Shown: piece by piece, positions 46,812 to 54,957 of the stretch
Position numbering within the stretch: position 1 is the first letter of the stretch
Layout: the number at the start of each line of letters is the position of its first letter
Source of the DNA: an uncultured Candidatus Saccharibacteria bacterium
GTDB lineage: Bacteria; Patescibacteriota; Minisyncoccia; Phycocordibacterales; Zambryskibacteraceae
DNA: 64,000 nt
Assembly: GCA_964446535.1 (NCBI GenBank)
Contig: CAYUOR010000002.1
Span: 43,372-107,371 of the forward strand
Direction of reading: 5' to 3'
The notes under the pieces: generated by a model
Databases searched by the model: none
What the model saw: only the letters and a program-made list of their open reading frames with translations
What the model was told of the DNA's origin: nothing
Program-made: the position numbers and the translations under genes

Positions 46812-47213
46812 ATGAAGTCAGACACCCTCTTATTCTTCTGTCTAGCCGCCTTTGTCGTCGTCGGGCTTCTGCACATAGCGGCAGAATTTTTTTATTTTTA
46901 CTGGACTGTTTTCTGGTTTGATATCATGATGCATTTTCTCGGTGGTATTGCTGTTGCCTTAGCGACCCTTTGGGCTGTCGTTCGCCTAAATTTTTTAAAA
47001 AATTATGGAAATCCAATCTTAACAACATTCTTCACAACCCTCACGGCGGTTCTGGTTGTTTCTTTTTTCTGGGAAGTGCTGGAGCACTTGACCGGCACAG
47101 CCAAAGCGCTTGAGGGCTACGTTTTCGATACCACTATGGACACGAGCGCGGCGCTTCTCGGGGCAGCTCTCACCTCGAGCCTAGTTTCGCGAAGAATCTT
47201 TCAAGCTGGTTAA
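46812..47213 (+). CDS. Small integral membrane protein (4 TM, hypothetical)
   Basis: four hydrophobic helices; no recognisable motif. Confidence 0.4.
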   Translation: MKSDTLLFFCLAAFVVVGLLHIAAEFFYFYWTVFWFDIMMHFLGGIAVALATLWAVVRLNFLKNYGNPILTTFFTTLTAVLVVSFFWEVLEHLTGTAKALEGYVFDTTMDTSAALLGAALTSSLVSRRIFQAG

Positions 47214-47540
47214 AAGAGATTTAAAAACTTCTGGATTTTTTCCAGCTATTTCAGAAAGAATTTTCCTGTCGAGATTAATTTTACTCTTTTTGAGTAACGG
47301 AATAAATTTTGAATAGGATAGACCGTTTTCGCGCAAAGCGGCGGAAAGACGAACATTCCAAAGTCTGCGGAAATCTCCCTTTTTGTCGCGCCTATGGGCG
47401 AAGGCATAGGAACCAGCGTGAAAAATCGCTTCGTTGGCCTGGCGTTCTTTTTTCGATCGGCCGAAGCGGTATCCTTTAACCTTACTTAAAATGTTTCGTC
47501 TGGTTTTTAGAGCATTTACTCCCTTCTTGACTCTGGTCAT
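47181..47540 (-). CDS. rplT: 50S ribosomal protein L20
   Basis: MTRVKKGVNALKTRRNILSKVKGYRFGRSK. Confidence 0.9.
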   Translation of the reverse strand: MTRVKKGVNALKTRRNILSKVKGYRFGRSKKERQANEAIFHAGSYAFAHRRDKKGDFRRLWNVRLSAALRENGLSYSKFIPLLKKSKINLDRKILSEIAGKNPEVFKSLLTSLKDSSRN

Positions 47541-47544
47541 GGTT

Positions 47545-47736
47545 TTAGAGGTTAACTAAGTAGCGACTCCTAAGCTTCTTACTCATATGGAACTCCATCC
47601 CGCGCTTTTTGGCTGACTTGCTCCCTCGACGCTCCTTGGCGTTAAAGTGGTTTTGGCCGGCTTTGCGCGACAAGAGCTTGCCCCCCTTCGAGAGTTTAAG
47701 TCGCTTGGTATAAGACTTATTTGTCTTCATAGCCAT
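47545..47736 (-). CDS. rpmI: 50S ribosomal protein L35
   Basis: 63-aa basic protein MAMKTNKSYTKRLKLSKGGKL. Confidence 0.85.
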   Translation of the reverse strand: MAMKTNKSYTKRLKLSKGGKLLSRKAGQNHFNAKERRGSKSAKKRGMEFHMSKKLRSRYLVNL

Positions 47737-47799
47737 ATTAAGTCATACATTCTACCTAATTTTCTCAATATGTCTAGCCTACTAGGAGAGACAGAGCCT

Positions 47800-48312
47800 T
47801 TAAGCCCGCTCTATTATTATAGTGAGTCCCTTGGGGCTCTTTTTCACTGAATCGGCAACCTTGTAGTCAACCGAGACGAATTTAAGCATGCGCTCCAGAC
47901 GTTCCGAAAGAAATTTCTCATCCATATATTTTGCACGACCGGGCAGAAATAAGTTAACCCTCACTCGGTGTCCCTGGGCGAGCCACTCGCTTGTCTTTTT
48001 AGCTTTAAGCTCCAGATCGTGATTCCCCGTACCGACTTTCACCTGTATCGTCTTTACCTCGGCGGAGTGTGCGCGTTTAGCAAGTTTTCCTTTCTTATTC
48101 TCTTCGTATAAAAAGCGACCGATGTCGGCAATTTTTGCCACGGGCGGTACAGCATTCGGAGAAATTTCGATCAAATCGAGTCCGAAACCTTGCGCCTTCT
48201 TAAGCGCATCCTCGAGGGTGAGAATGCCGAAGTTTTCCCCCTTGGGGCCGATAACGCGAAGTTTAGGAGTCCTTATCTCTAAATTAGTGCGGAGCTGTTG
48301 CAATGTCTTGAT
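47800..48312 (-). CDS. infC: Translation initiation factor IF-3 (probable non-AUG start; the ORF track's AUG at 48408 is likely an upstream artefact)
   Basis: IF3 N-terminal and C-terminal domains NLEIRTPKLRVIGPKGENFGILTLEDAL...DLIEISPNA.PPV.KI.D; an extended -10 TGTGTATAAT lies on the minus strand at 48328-48337, downstream of the listed ATG. Confidence 0.75.
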   Translation of the reverse strand: MKTLQQLRTNLEIRTPKLRVIGPKGENFGILTLEDALKKAQGFGLDLIEISPNAVPPVAKIADIGRFLYEENKKGKLAKRAHSAEVKTIQVKVGTGNHDLELKAKKTSEWLAQGHRVRVNLFLPGRAKYMDEKFLSERLERMLKFVSVDYKVADSVKKSPKGLTIIIERA

Positions 48313-48383
48313 CTGCTTGTCCCTAGGATTATACACCAGGGCAGTGTCTCTTGCTAGCCTGACCCTTTGATATAATAGAAAAC

Positions 48384-48839
48384 ATGGAATACAGACATAA
48401 TCCTCCAACTTTAGCGGAGCTGCGTTCTCTAAAGCAGTCGGTTCGCCAGCCGCATATGGAGGCGCGACAGAGCTTCTCGTCCATTGAGAAGTTTGCCCTG
48501 AAGATGACCCATGCCATAGGCTCTATGGGATTCTTTTTTCTCTTGACCTTCTGGACTCTGAGTTGGGTTGCTTGGAACCTTTGGGGGCCGTCTCATATGC
48601 GTTTTGACCCGGGACCGGCATTTTTCGTCTGGCTTTTCGTATCGAATATTTTACAGCTCATACTTCTGCCACTTATCTTAGTCGGGCAAAACCTAGAGGG
48701 TAAATACGCTGAACATCGCGCCCAAGCCGATTTCGAAATAAATAAGAAAGCCGAGCACGAGATAGAGGTAATTATCGCGCATCTTGAGAATCAGAACGAA
48801 CTTCTTCTGGAGCTCGCAAAAAAAATTGAAAGAAAATAG
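48384..48839 (+). CDS. DUF1003 family membrane protein
   Basis: IEKFALKMTHAIGSM.FF...W.....WN....RFDP.P.F..WLF.SN..QL.LLPLI.VGQN. Confidence 0.7.
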   Translation: MEYRHNPPTLAELRSLKQSVRQPHMEARQSFSSIEKFALKMTHAIGSMGFFFLLTFWTLSWVAWNLWGPSHMRFDPGPAFFVWLFVSNILQLILLPLILVGQNLEGKYAEHRAQADFEINKKAEHEIEVIIAHLENQNELLLELAKKIERK

Positions 48840-48973
48840 ACAGCTCTGGCTCTCCGTGCTAGGATGGCCCGAGTGGGCGAGCGTGAGCAACTCCCTTCCC
48901 TGTACCCCTACTGTGGTTTCGACGGTCGCCATGACCCGAATCATAGGGCTCACGCCTCGCCCACGCCACTCCA

Positions 48974-49001
48974 CCCCGATGTAAAATATCGGGGTTTTTT
49001 A
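48974..49001 (+). terminator. Intrinsic terminator CCCCGATGTAAAATATCGGGG + T-run
   Basis: hairpin followed by TTTTTTATTTT; member of a recurrent hairpin family. Confidence 0.55.
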
Positions 49002-49068
49002 TTTTAAATAAAAAAACCACGTCGGCATCGGGGATGCTTATCCGACGTGGTGGGGCCCTAGTCACCCC

Positions 49069-49287
49069 TCAGGCGGACTCAACCCAAAGGAGTAAGGTTC
49101 GTCCGCCGATGACCAGGACCCAAGTAGCTCCGACAAAAAGGCGGAAAATCGGCGAAAGCGAATCAACGAACGAAGTGAGCACGTCCCTTCTGTTAAAAAC
49201 GGAAGCCGCCATCGGCGCAATGAAGATAAGGACGTAGAAATTCGCCTTAATAAACGTCCAGATCATTGATATTCTCCCGTTCGCCAC
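49069..49287 (-). CDS. Small 2-TM membrane protein (hypothetical)
   Basis: 72 aa; its own downstream terminator hairpin (49015-49048 on the minus strand). Confidence 0.35.
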   Translation of the reverse strand: MANGRISMIWTFIKANFYVLIFIAPMAASVFNRRDVLTSFVDSLSPIFRLFVGATWVLVIGGRTLLLWVESA

Positions 49288-49400
49288 AAGGAATCAACCT
49301 GTTTCCACCCTATCACAATATTTAAAAAGTCGCCTAGTCCGTTGTCGGACTAGGCGCACTAAGACGGCTCGTTGTGTTGAGAAACAAACATAGTAGTTTC

Positions 49401-49679
49401 CTACTGTCTTCCTCCTGTTTGCATTGCCCGTCGAACGGCCTCGCGCGAAACCTCTTTACAATTCTCTGGCGCTCTCGAAATTCGACTGCCGATCACCTGA
49501 TCACAGACCTTGACCATTTCTTTTGCTCTTCTTTTCTCCTCTTCTTTCCGAAGTTTGATGCATGTCTGGTCGAGATAGACGTTCTGACAATAGGCACTTA
49601 GGGCATTACCACCTGAAACACATCCGTAAACCCCCAAGGCCAACAAAATGACGAAAAACCAGGGGGCGAGCGTGGGCAC
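49401..49679 (-). CDS. Small membrane-anchored Cys-containing protein (hypothetical)
   Basis: N-terminal TM helix; followed on the minus strand by a perfect 10-bp hairpin terminator (49330-49365). Confidence 0.4.
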   Translation of the reverse strand: MPTLAPWFFVILLALGVYGCVSGGNALSAYCQNVYLDQTCIKLRKEEEKRRAKEMVKVCDQVIGSRISRAPENCKEVSREAVRRAMQTGGRQ

Positions 49680-49750
49680 GTTACTCTCCTTTTTCCAAAA
49701 ATCTTCCTTATAAACAATATCATATAAAAAGAAAACCGCCCGAAGTTACT

Positions 49751-49939
49751 TCACGACTCGGGCGGCAACTCAATTTTGAAGGTTTCGTGCCACTTGAGGT
49801 GGGCTTCCATACTGCCTAGAATGTTTTTCCCGCAGGTTTTGCACGGTCCGTTGCAGCAGGCACGGACGTGATACATGCGCTGATTCATGTGGCATCGGCA
49901 GAAACACTCCGACCATACAGGCAATTTAAGGTTCTTCAC
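49751..49939 (-). CDS. Small Cys/His-rich zinc-ribbon-like protein (GTG start, hypothetical)
   Basis: CxCxC...CCxxPCxxC pattern; GGAGGA Shine-Dalgarno-like sequence upstream of the GTG. Confidence 0.35.
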   Translation of the reverse strand: MKNLKLPVWSECFCRCHMNQRMYHVRACCNGPCKTCGKNILGSMEAHLKWHETFKIELPPES

Positions 49940-50188
49940 ACTTCCTCCTACAGAGGGATAACCACCCTAACCATAACACTATTGAATTCATAAAAACAAA
50001 TCCCCATTAATTAATATTTTTTATGATAAAATAATTCGAAATGAAAAAGATCGTTAGATTTATTGCGTCGCGCTGGCCGTGGTTTAACCGCATGATCTAC
50101 CGACCGTACAGAGGTGCCCAGAGGGGATACTGGTACAGACTGCCTTGGAACAGAACCGAAGGTTACCCCGCCTAGACCCTCTCAATAA

Positions 50189-50220
50189 AAAACCCCCGTC
50201 GAGAGACGGGGGTTTGAATG
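50189..50220. terminator. Bidirectional terminator AAAAAACCCCCGTCgagaGACGGGGGTTT
   Basis: 8-bp GC stem with an A-run before and a T-run after; sits between convergent small ORFs. Confidence 0.55.
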
Positions 50221-50233
50221 TTGAGCGAAGAAG

Positions 50234-50365
50234 TCAGATCTCGAACTCGCGCCGAATGATCGTCTGGGTGTCGACCCTGATGAAACCTTCGTTGTCATCG
50301 GGCAGGCCGGCGACGAGGCCCTGCTTCTCGATGATCTTGGTCGGATCTTTCCAGCCGTATTTCAT
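50234..50365 (-). CDS. Small protein, 44 aa (MKYGWKDPTKIIEKQGLVAGLPDDNEGFIRVDTQTIIRREFEI), hypothetical
   Basis: perfect Shine-Dalgarno AAAGGAGGT 7 nt upstream of the ATG; GC-rich codon usage; lies immediately 3' of ssrA. Confidence 0.4.
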   Translation of the reverse strand: MKYGWKDPTKIIEKQGLVAGLPDDNEGFIRVDTQTIIRREFEI

Positions 50366-50433
50366 GTGACCTCCTTTCGTGTGCCTATTCTTATTATAAC
50401 TAAAAACCACTCGGGAAGAGTAGTTTTTATTAT

Positions 50434-50852
50434 TGGTGGAGGTGGCGGGAATGAGCCCGCGTCCAAGGAAATGTCTCCGACGAATCTAGCACGCCTAGAC
50501 CGATTTTTCCGCCTTACGGCGAATCTCGATTCTCAAACTATAAATCGGACAAAACATTTGAGATTCAAAGCTCTTTAGTTTGGCGCCGAGAGGAGCACTC
50601 TCTGCGTTACAATCCGACAGATAAGCACCTGAGATCTCGTATCGGATGGCGAGATAACAGGCGTTCGCTTAGGCGAGCTTACGCTCGAGCGTAGGCGAAA
50701 GCAAAGTCGTTTGCCGTAAAGTACGGCGAAACAATAGACTTTGCCCGTGCGACGATATTGTCAGCACTTAAATTTTCCAAGGGTTTAAGGAGTTCTTGGA
50801 GCTCCGCGTGCCACGGCGGGGAACTGGTTTCCATGTCGAAACTGGCACCCCC
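50434..50852 (-). ncRNA. ssrA: tmRNA (SsrA)
   Basis: 5' end GGGGGUGCCAGUUUCGACAUGG matches the tmRNA consensus GGGGCUGAUUCUGGAUUCGAC. The 3' end GGACGCGGGCUCAUUCCCGCCACCUCCACCA matches the tRNA-like T-arm/acceptor GGACGGGGGUUCAAAUCCCCCCAGCUCCACCA. There is an internal tag ORF GCA AAC GAC UUU GCU UUC GCC UAC GCU CGA GCG UAA. smpB lies immediately upstream. Confidence 0.85.
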
Positions 50853-50863
50853 GTATTTAAATC

Positions 50864-51301
50864 TTACAACGTTCTCTTCAGGTCTCTCTCGATGTCGCGT
50901 TTTTTTATTGTCTGGCGTTTGTCTATTTTCTTCTTGCCACGCGCAATTGCGATATCAAGCTTTAGAAACCTACCCTTATTATACACCGAAAGAGGCACTA
51001 TTGTCAATCCTTTAGTATTTTCCGCCTCGGCAAGCCTCTCTAATTCTTTTCCTGAAAGCAAAACTTTTCTCACCCGCTTGGCGTCATAGTCTTTCGGAGC
51101 ATTTTTCGGCTGATAGGCCGGGAGATCGGCACCCAGAAGATATGCCTCACCCCCTCGCACCGTTACGTAAGCGCCCTGAAGGTTGAGTTTGCCCGATCGG
51201 ACAGCCTTCACCTCCGTACCAAGGAGCTCCAAACCTGCCGAAAATTTTTCAAGTATTTCGTAATCAAAGCGGGCTTTTCTGTTGTCGGCAAACTGTGTCA
51301 T
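50864..51301 (-). CDS. smpB: SsrA-binding protein SmpB
   Basis: NRKARFDYEILEKFSAGLELLGTEVKAVR...GKKKIDKRQTIKKRD; the true start is the internal Met MTQFADN, and the ORF-track N-terminal extension is spurious. Confidence 0.9.
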   Translation of the reverse strand: MTQFADNRKARFDYEILEKFSAGLELLGTEVKAVRSGKLNLQGAYVTVRGGEAYLLGADLPAYQPKNAPKDYDAKRVRKVLLSGKELERLAEAENTKGLTIVPLSVYNKGRFLKLDIAIARGKKKIDKRQTIKKRDIERDLKRTL

Positions 51302-51318
51302 AGGGCAAATAATACCTC

Positions 51319-51333
51319 GCCTGCGCAGGCAGG
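51319..51333. repeat. Second copy of 15-mer GCCTGCGCAGGCAGG (palindromic core) between smpB and ftsH
   Basis: identical to 27944-27958; sits 10 nt upstream of the putative -35 TAGGCA of the ftsH promoter. Confidence 0.5.
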
Positions 51334-51379
51334 GCAAAATATATAGGCAAACCGAACTTTTTCGGTATAATATGTCGCT

Positions 51380-53311
51380 ATGAACGAACCCTCGAAACAT
51401 AAGAAGAAAATAATTATCACGAAGCCGAAGGGTCCAGGCGGCCTGCCGCCAGGCCGCGGTCTTATCGTCCAGCTTCTTCTGACCTTCCTTATTTTCTTCA
51501 CCCTCGTTAGCCTCTACTCGTCTATCACGAATAAAGATGCGGCAACAGAGGAAATACCGCTCTCGGTCCTGGCCCAAGAGATCAAGGATGGCAACATCTC
51601 CGAGATCAGAGTTGTTGGCGACAGACTCGACCTTACATTTGCCGACGGCACGAAAAAGATTTCAAAGAAGGAAGCATCAACCGCTCTCACCACCACTCTA
51701 AAAAATTATACGGTCTCCGAAGAGGCGCTTGCCAAAATAAATATTGAAGTAAAAAGCGACAGGGGGTTTCTCTATTGGTTTGCATCTCTCGCGCCGATAC
51801 TTCTTCCCATAGCATTTATCATCTTTTTCATCTGGTTTCTCTCGCGCCAGGTCAAGGGCGCGGGGATGCAGGCCTTCACCTTCGGTCAGTCTAAGGCCAG
51901 GATGACGCGCCCCGACGACAAGAGCCAGAAGGTGACATTTAGAGATGTGGCTGGCTGCAAAGAGGCGAAGGAGGAGCTTAAAGAGATTGTGGACTTTCTA
52001 AAAAATCCGAAAAAGTTCTTGGACATCGGCGCGAGGATTCCGAAGGGCATTCTCTTGATGGGTGCGCCAGGGACAGGCAAGACTCTTCTTGCTCGCGCGG
52101 TAGCGGGAGAGGCGGGAGTTTCGTTTTTCTCAATATCGGGATCGGAATTTGTCGAGATGTTTGTCGGTGTCGGCGCCTCGCGTGTTCGCGACCTCTTTGA
52201 CCTGGCGAAGAAGGCGGCCCCAGCCATTATCTTTGTTGACGAGATAGATGCGGTCGGACGAGTGCGCGGGACGGGAGTCGGCGGCGGGAATGACGAGCGC
52301 GAGCAAACTCTGAATCAGATCTTGGTGGAGCTCGACGGCTTCGAGCCGAATGAAAAGGTTATCGTTATGGCAGCGACGAATCGACCCGACGTCCTTGATC
52401 CGGCCCTCCTTCGCCCGGGGCGCTTCGACCGACGGGTGACACTCGACCTTCCCGACAGGAAAGATCGTGAAGAAATTCTCCTTATCCACGCCAGGAAAAA
52501 GCCATTCGCCGAGGATGTAAACCTACCACTCATAGCCGAGCGTACCCCCGGCTTTTCCGGTGCCGATCTCTACTCCCTTATGAACGAAGCGGCGATACTC
52601 GCCGCGCGGGAGAATAGGACGAAAGTATCGCAATACGATCTTATCCGCTCTATTGAGAAGGTGATGCTCGGCCCGGAACGCAGAAGCCACATCCTTTCAA
52701 AGAAGGAGAAAGAGCTCACGGCTTATCACGAAGCGGGGCACGCCGTGGTCGCATCCGTTCTGCCTTATGCCGATCCTGTGCATAAGATTTCTATAATTTC
52801 TCGCGGTCGCGCGGCAGGTTATACCCTGAAACTTCCTCTGGAAGACAGAAAGCTGCAGTCAAAGAAAGAATTTCTCGACGACATCGCGACAGCTCTCGGC
52901 GGCTACGTCGTGGAGAAAACTATTTTCCGCGACATCACGACGGGACCCTCAAACGACCTTCAGGTCGCAACAGCGCGAGCTCGCGACATGGTGACGAAGT
53001 TCGGCATGTCGGAGAAGATGGGTCCTGTAGCGCTCGAGGGTCCTGGCGGCAAACCACTATTCGGCGTCGGGGTAAGCGACAAAGATTACTCGGAGAAGGT
53101 CGGAGCGATGATAGATGCCGAAGTCTCTCTCATCATGAATGACGCGATGAGAAAGGTGGAGAAAATCATCAAGGATCACAGAAAAGCGCTTGACGCTATC
53201 GCCGGACGCTTGATAGAGACCGAGACAATAGAGCAAAAAGAGTTTGAAGAAATTTTGATAGCAAACGGTATTACGCCAAAGAAGAAAAAAGATATAGAAC
53301 ACCAAGCATAA
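51380..53311 (+). CDS. ftsH: ATP-dependent zinc metalloprotease FtsH
   Basis: AAA Walker [18 protein letters not shown] zinc motif; two N-terminal TM helices. Confidence 0.9.
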   Translation: MNEPSKHKKKIIITKPKGPGGLPPGRGLIVQLLLTFLIFFTLVSLYSSITNKDAATEEIPLSVLAQEIKDGNISEIRVVGDRLDLTFADGTKKISKKEASTALTTTLKNYTVSEEALAKINIEVKSDRGFLYWFASLAPILLPIAFIIFFIWFLSRQVKGAGMQAFTFGQSKARMTRPDDKSQKVTFRDVAGCKEAKEELKEIVDFLKNPKKFLDIGARIPKGILLMGAPGTGKTLLARAVAGEAGVSFFSISGSEFVEMFVGVGASRVRDLFDLAKKAAPAIIFVDEIDAVGRVRGTGVGGGNDEREQTLNQILVELDGFEPNEKVIVMAATNRPDVLDPALLRPGRFDRRVTLDLPDRKDREEILLIHARKKPFAEDVNLPLIAERTPGFSGADLYSLMNEAAILAARENRTKVSQYDLIRSIEKVMLGPERRSHILSKKEKELTAYHEAGHAVVASVLPYADPVHKISIISRGRAAGYTLKLPLEDRKLQSKKEFLDDIATALGGYVVEKTIFRDITTGPSNDLQVATARARDMVTKFGMSEKMGPVALEGPGGKPLFGVGVSDKDYSEKVGAMIDAEVSLIMNDAMRKVEKIIKDHRKALDAIAGRLIETETIEQKEFEEILIANGITPKKKKDIEHQA

Positions 53312-53315
53312 AAGA

Positions 53316-53347
53316 AAAACCCCCGATGTTACATCGGGGGTTTTTCT
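53316..53347. terminator. Bidirectional terminator CCCCCGATGTTACATCGGGGG
   Basis: perfect hairpin with A-run/T-run flanks between the convergent ftsH and DUF378 genes. Confidence 0.7.
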
Positions 53348-53557
53348 TTACATTGCTGCGCCGCCCGAGGGGACGCACTCTTTGCAGTTCTTCTTGTGGG
53401 TGAAGATTTCGTATAACGCCGAGAGAGCTACCAGGATGTAGACTATCATGGCGACGGTATCACCAACGTAATTGCCGATACCATAACCGAAGGCTTCAAG
53501 ACCCCAGTTAAGACCTCCGACGACGAGGAGGATAAACGTTACTTTGTGTATACTCAT
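53348..53557 (-). CDS. DUF378 family small membrane protein
   Basis: GGLNWGL signature; 2 TM. Confidence 0.7.
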   Translation of the reverse strand: MSIHKVTFILLVVGGLNWGLEAFGYGIGNYVGDTVAMIVYILVALSALYEIFTHKKNCKECVPSGGAAM

Positions 53558-53608
53558 ACTACAAGCTAGCTATTAAATCCGATAGACACGCTACTTATTC
53601 TACACCCT

Positions 53609-54205
53609 CTATATACCTAAATTATTCACAGGCGGCATGGGCTTACCCGTTGCCTTTATTCCCGTGTGGTGCGTGGCAGACATTTGCATGATAACGTCTT
53701 TGACGTGCTCTGGGTGTGGCACCTGGTGAAATATAAACTCTCTTTCGGATGAGGCGGTTTGAACCGTAACATTGCCGAACTTAAAAAATGTTTCTATGAA
53801 CCCTCGGGTGTGGGCGTTAACATCCTGAATACGGTTTGCAGAAAGTTCTGAAACCTCACGATTAAAGAATCCGTGTTGGTCGCTATCTATGATTCTTTTA
53901 TTTGTGATAAGGACGGTCGACAGGCTATATAGCGTGATGGCGTGAAAAGCAGAGAGCCAGAGCGCCATATACCAAAGGCTAGCGACGAAAAGAAAGGCCG
54001 GAAACCAGCCACTATTTAAAATAAGAGAATAGAAAATAAGACCAACAAAAATCGGCACGAGAGCGGCAAAGCTGAGAAGCCCGAGGCGGATATAGATGGT
54101 CAGCGGGTGTCGGCGTAGAAGTGTTATTACTTCTTCACCCTCCTTTTGGCCCACGAAGGAATTTAGAGATTCAGAAAACAGCGAGAAAAATGGGTGGAGC
54201 TTCAT
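53609..54205 (-). CDS. Membrane protein with bacterial PH (bPH_2/YdbT-like) domain
   Basis: two TM helices followed by a PH-like domain (ITNKRII...ELS..RIQDV). Confidence 0.5.
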   Translation of the reverse strand: MKLHPFFSLFSESLNSFVGQKEGEEVITLLRRHPLTIYIRLGLLSFAALVPIFVGLIFYSLILNSGWFPAFLFVASLWYMALWLSAFHAITLYSLSTVLITNKRIIDSDQHGFFNREVSELSANRIQDVNAHTRGFIETFFKFGNVTVQTASSEREFIFHQVPHPEHVKDVIMQMSATHHTGIKATGKPMPPVNNLGI

Positions 54206-54441
54206 GGCAGGAGTTTTGTAATATCAATCTTTAGAAACATTGCAACCGCAATACCGGAAAAGATAAGCGAACCTCCGAGGAAAATTGCTGCAAATTTCTT
54301 CGGCTGGGTGCCGATGCCGAAGCGTGTCAGGTGGTAGAGGATAATAAAGGCGAATATCCAGTAGACGAAAAAAACTCCAACAATCAGGACATTAAAGATA
54401 ATCCCGAGGAACTGCATAAATTGTTTCCTTAATTCTAGCAC
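54202..54441 (-). CDS. Small 2-TM membrane protein (hypothetical)
   Basis: 79 aa; overlaps the upstream gene stop by 4 nt. Confidence 0.35.
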   Translation of the reverse strand: MLELRKQFMQFLGIIFNVLIVGVFFVYWIFAFIILYHLTRFGIGTQPKKFAAIFLGGSLIFSGIAVAMFLKIDITKLLP

Positions 54442-54452
54442 TAAAAAGAAAA

Positions 54453-54473
54453 GCCCCGATGTAACATCGGGGC
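54453..54473 (-). terminator. Terminator hairpin GCCCCGATGTAACATCGGGGC (U-run on minus strand)
   Basis: same hairpin family as 48974 and 53320. Confidence 0.6.
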
Positions 54474-54492
54474 CTGAACATTGAACTTGTGA

Positions 54493-54876
54493 TTATTGAC
54501 CTCTACCCTTGAATGGCAGTGGTCGCAAGAGGCCGGCGTCGTCGAGGTCCATGAGCTCCTGGTTGCGCCGGAGCTTCTTGCCTTCCGCTTCGTACTCGGC
54601 TTCTTCCGAAAAGAGCGGCGTACCGCCACGAGGCGGCGTTTGAGCAGCTCTCCGCTTGAGAATCTTCCTCTCCGCCACATCGAGGTGGCTCGCCACGAGC
54701 ATGGCGACGACGGCAAGAAAGATTCCGAGAACGACGAGTTCTCCGGCGAGCGCCTTCTTCTCCGTGAAGATGATGAGGTAGAAGCTTATTGACAGAAAGA
54801 GGATACCGATGATACTCGAGACGCCGAGGACCATGCGCATGAAGCGAAAGTACGGCGTGTTCATTTCCCTGATCAC
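54493..54876 (-). CDS. Membrane protein with charged C-terminal tail (hypothetical)
   Basis: two TM helices; Arg/Glu-rich tail. Confidence 0.4.
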   Translation of the reverse strand: MIREMNTPYFRFMRMVLGVSSIIGILFLSISFYLIIFTEKKALAGELVVLGIFLAVVAMLVASHLDVAERKILKRRAAQTPPRGGTPLFSEEAEYEAEGKKLRRNQELMDLDDAGLLRPLPFKGRGQ

Positions 54877-54957
54877 AAAGACCTCCTTTTTGAGCTGAAA
54901 AAGTCTCCTGCAACTATACTATTTTAATCCCACAAAGTCAAGAGATATGAAAACTAG

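Noticed and set aside
47800-48408. AUG at 48408 as the infC start
   Set aside because: Gives a 30-aa extension without IF3 homology. Overlaps the divergent DUF1003 start. Lies upstream of an extended -10 element.
48862-48965. Class-II tRNA (Ser/Leu/Sec)-like D-loop TGGCCCGAGTGG in the GC-rich element
   Set aside because: No T-loop (GTTCRANYC) and no consistent acceptor pairing. Kept only as an unclassified structured element.
50366-50578. 70-aa plus-strand ORF
   Set aside because: Lies entirely inside the tmRNA gene on the opposite strand. Contains a Gly-run from the CCACC acceptor region. Spurious.
50864-51577. 237-aa reading of the smpB ORF from the upstream AUG at 51577
   Set aside because: The N-terminal 90 residues ([15 protein letters not shown]...) have no SmpB homology and overlap the ftsH promoter/start region on the other strand. 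SmpB homology begins at the internal Met (51301).
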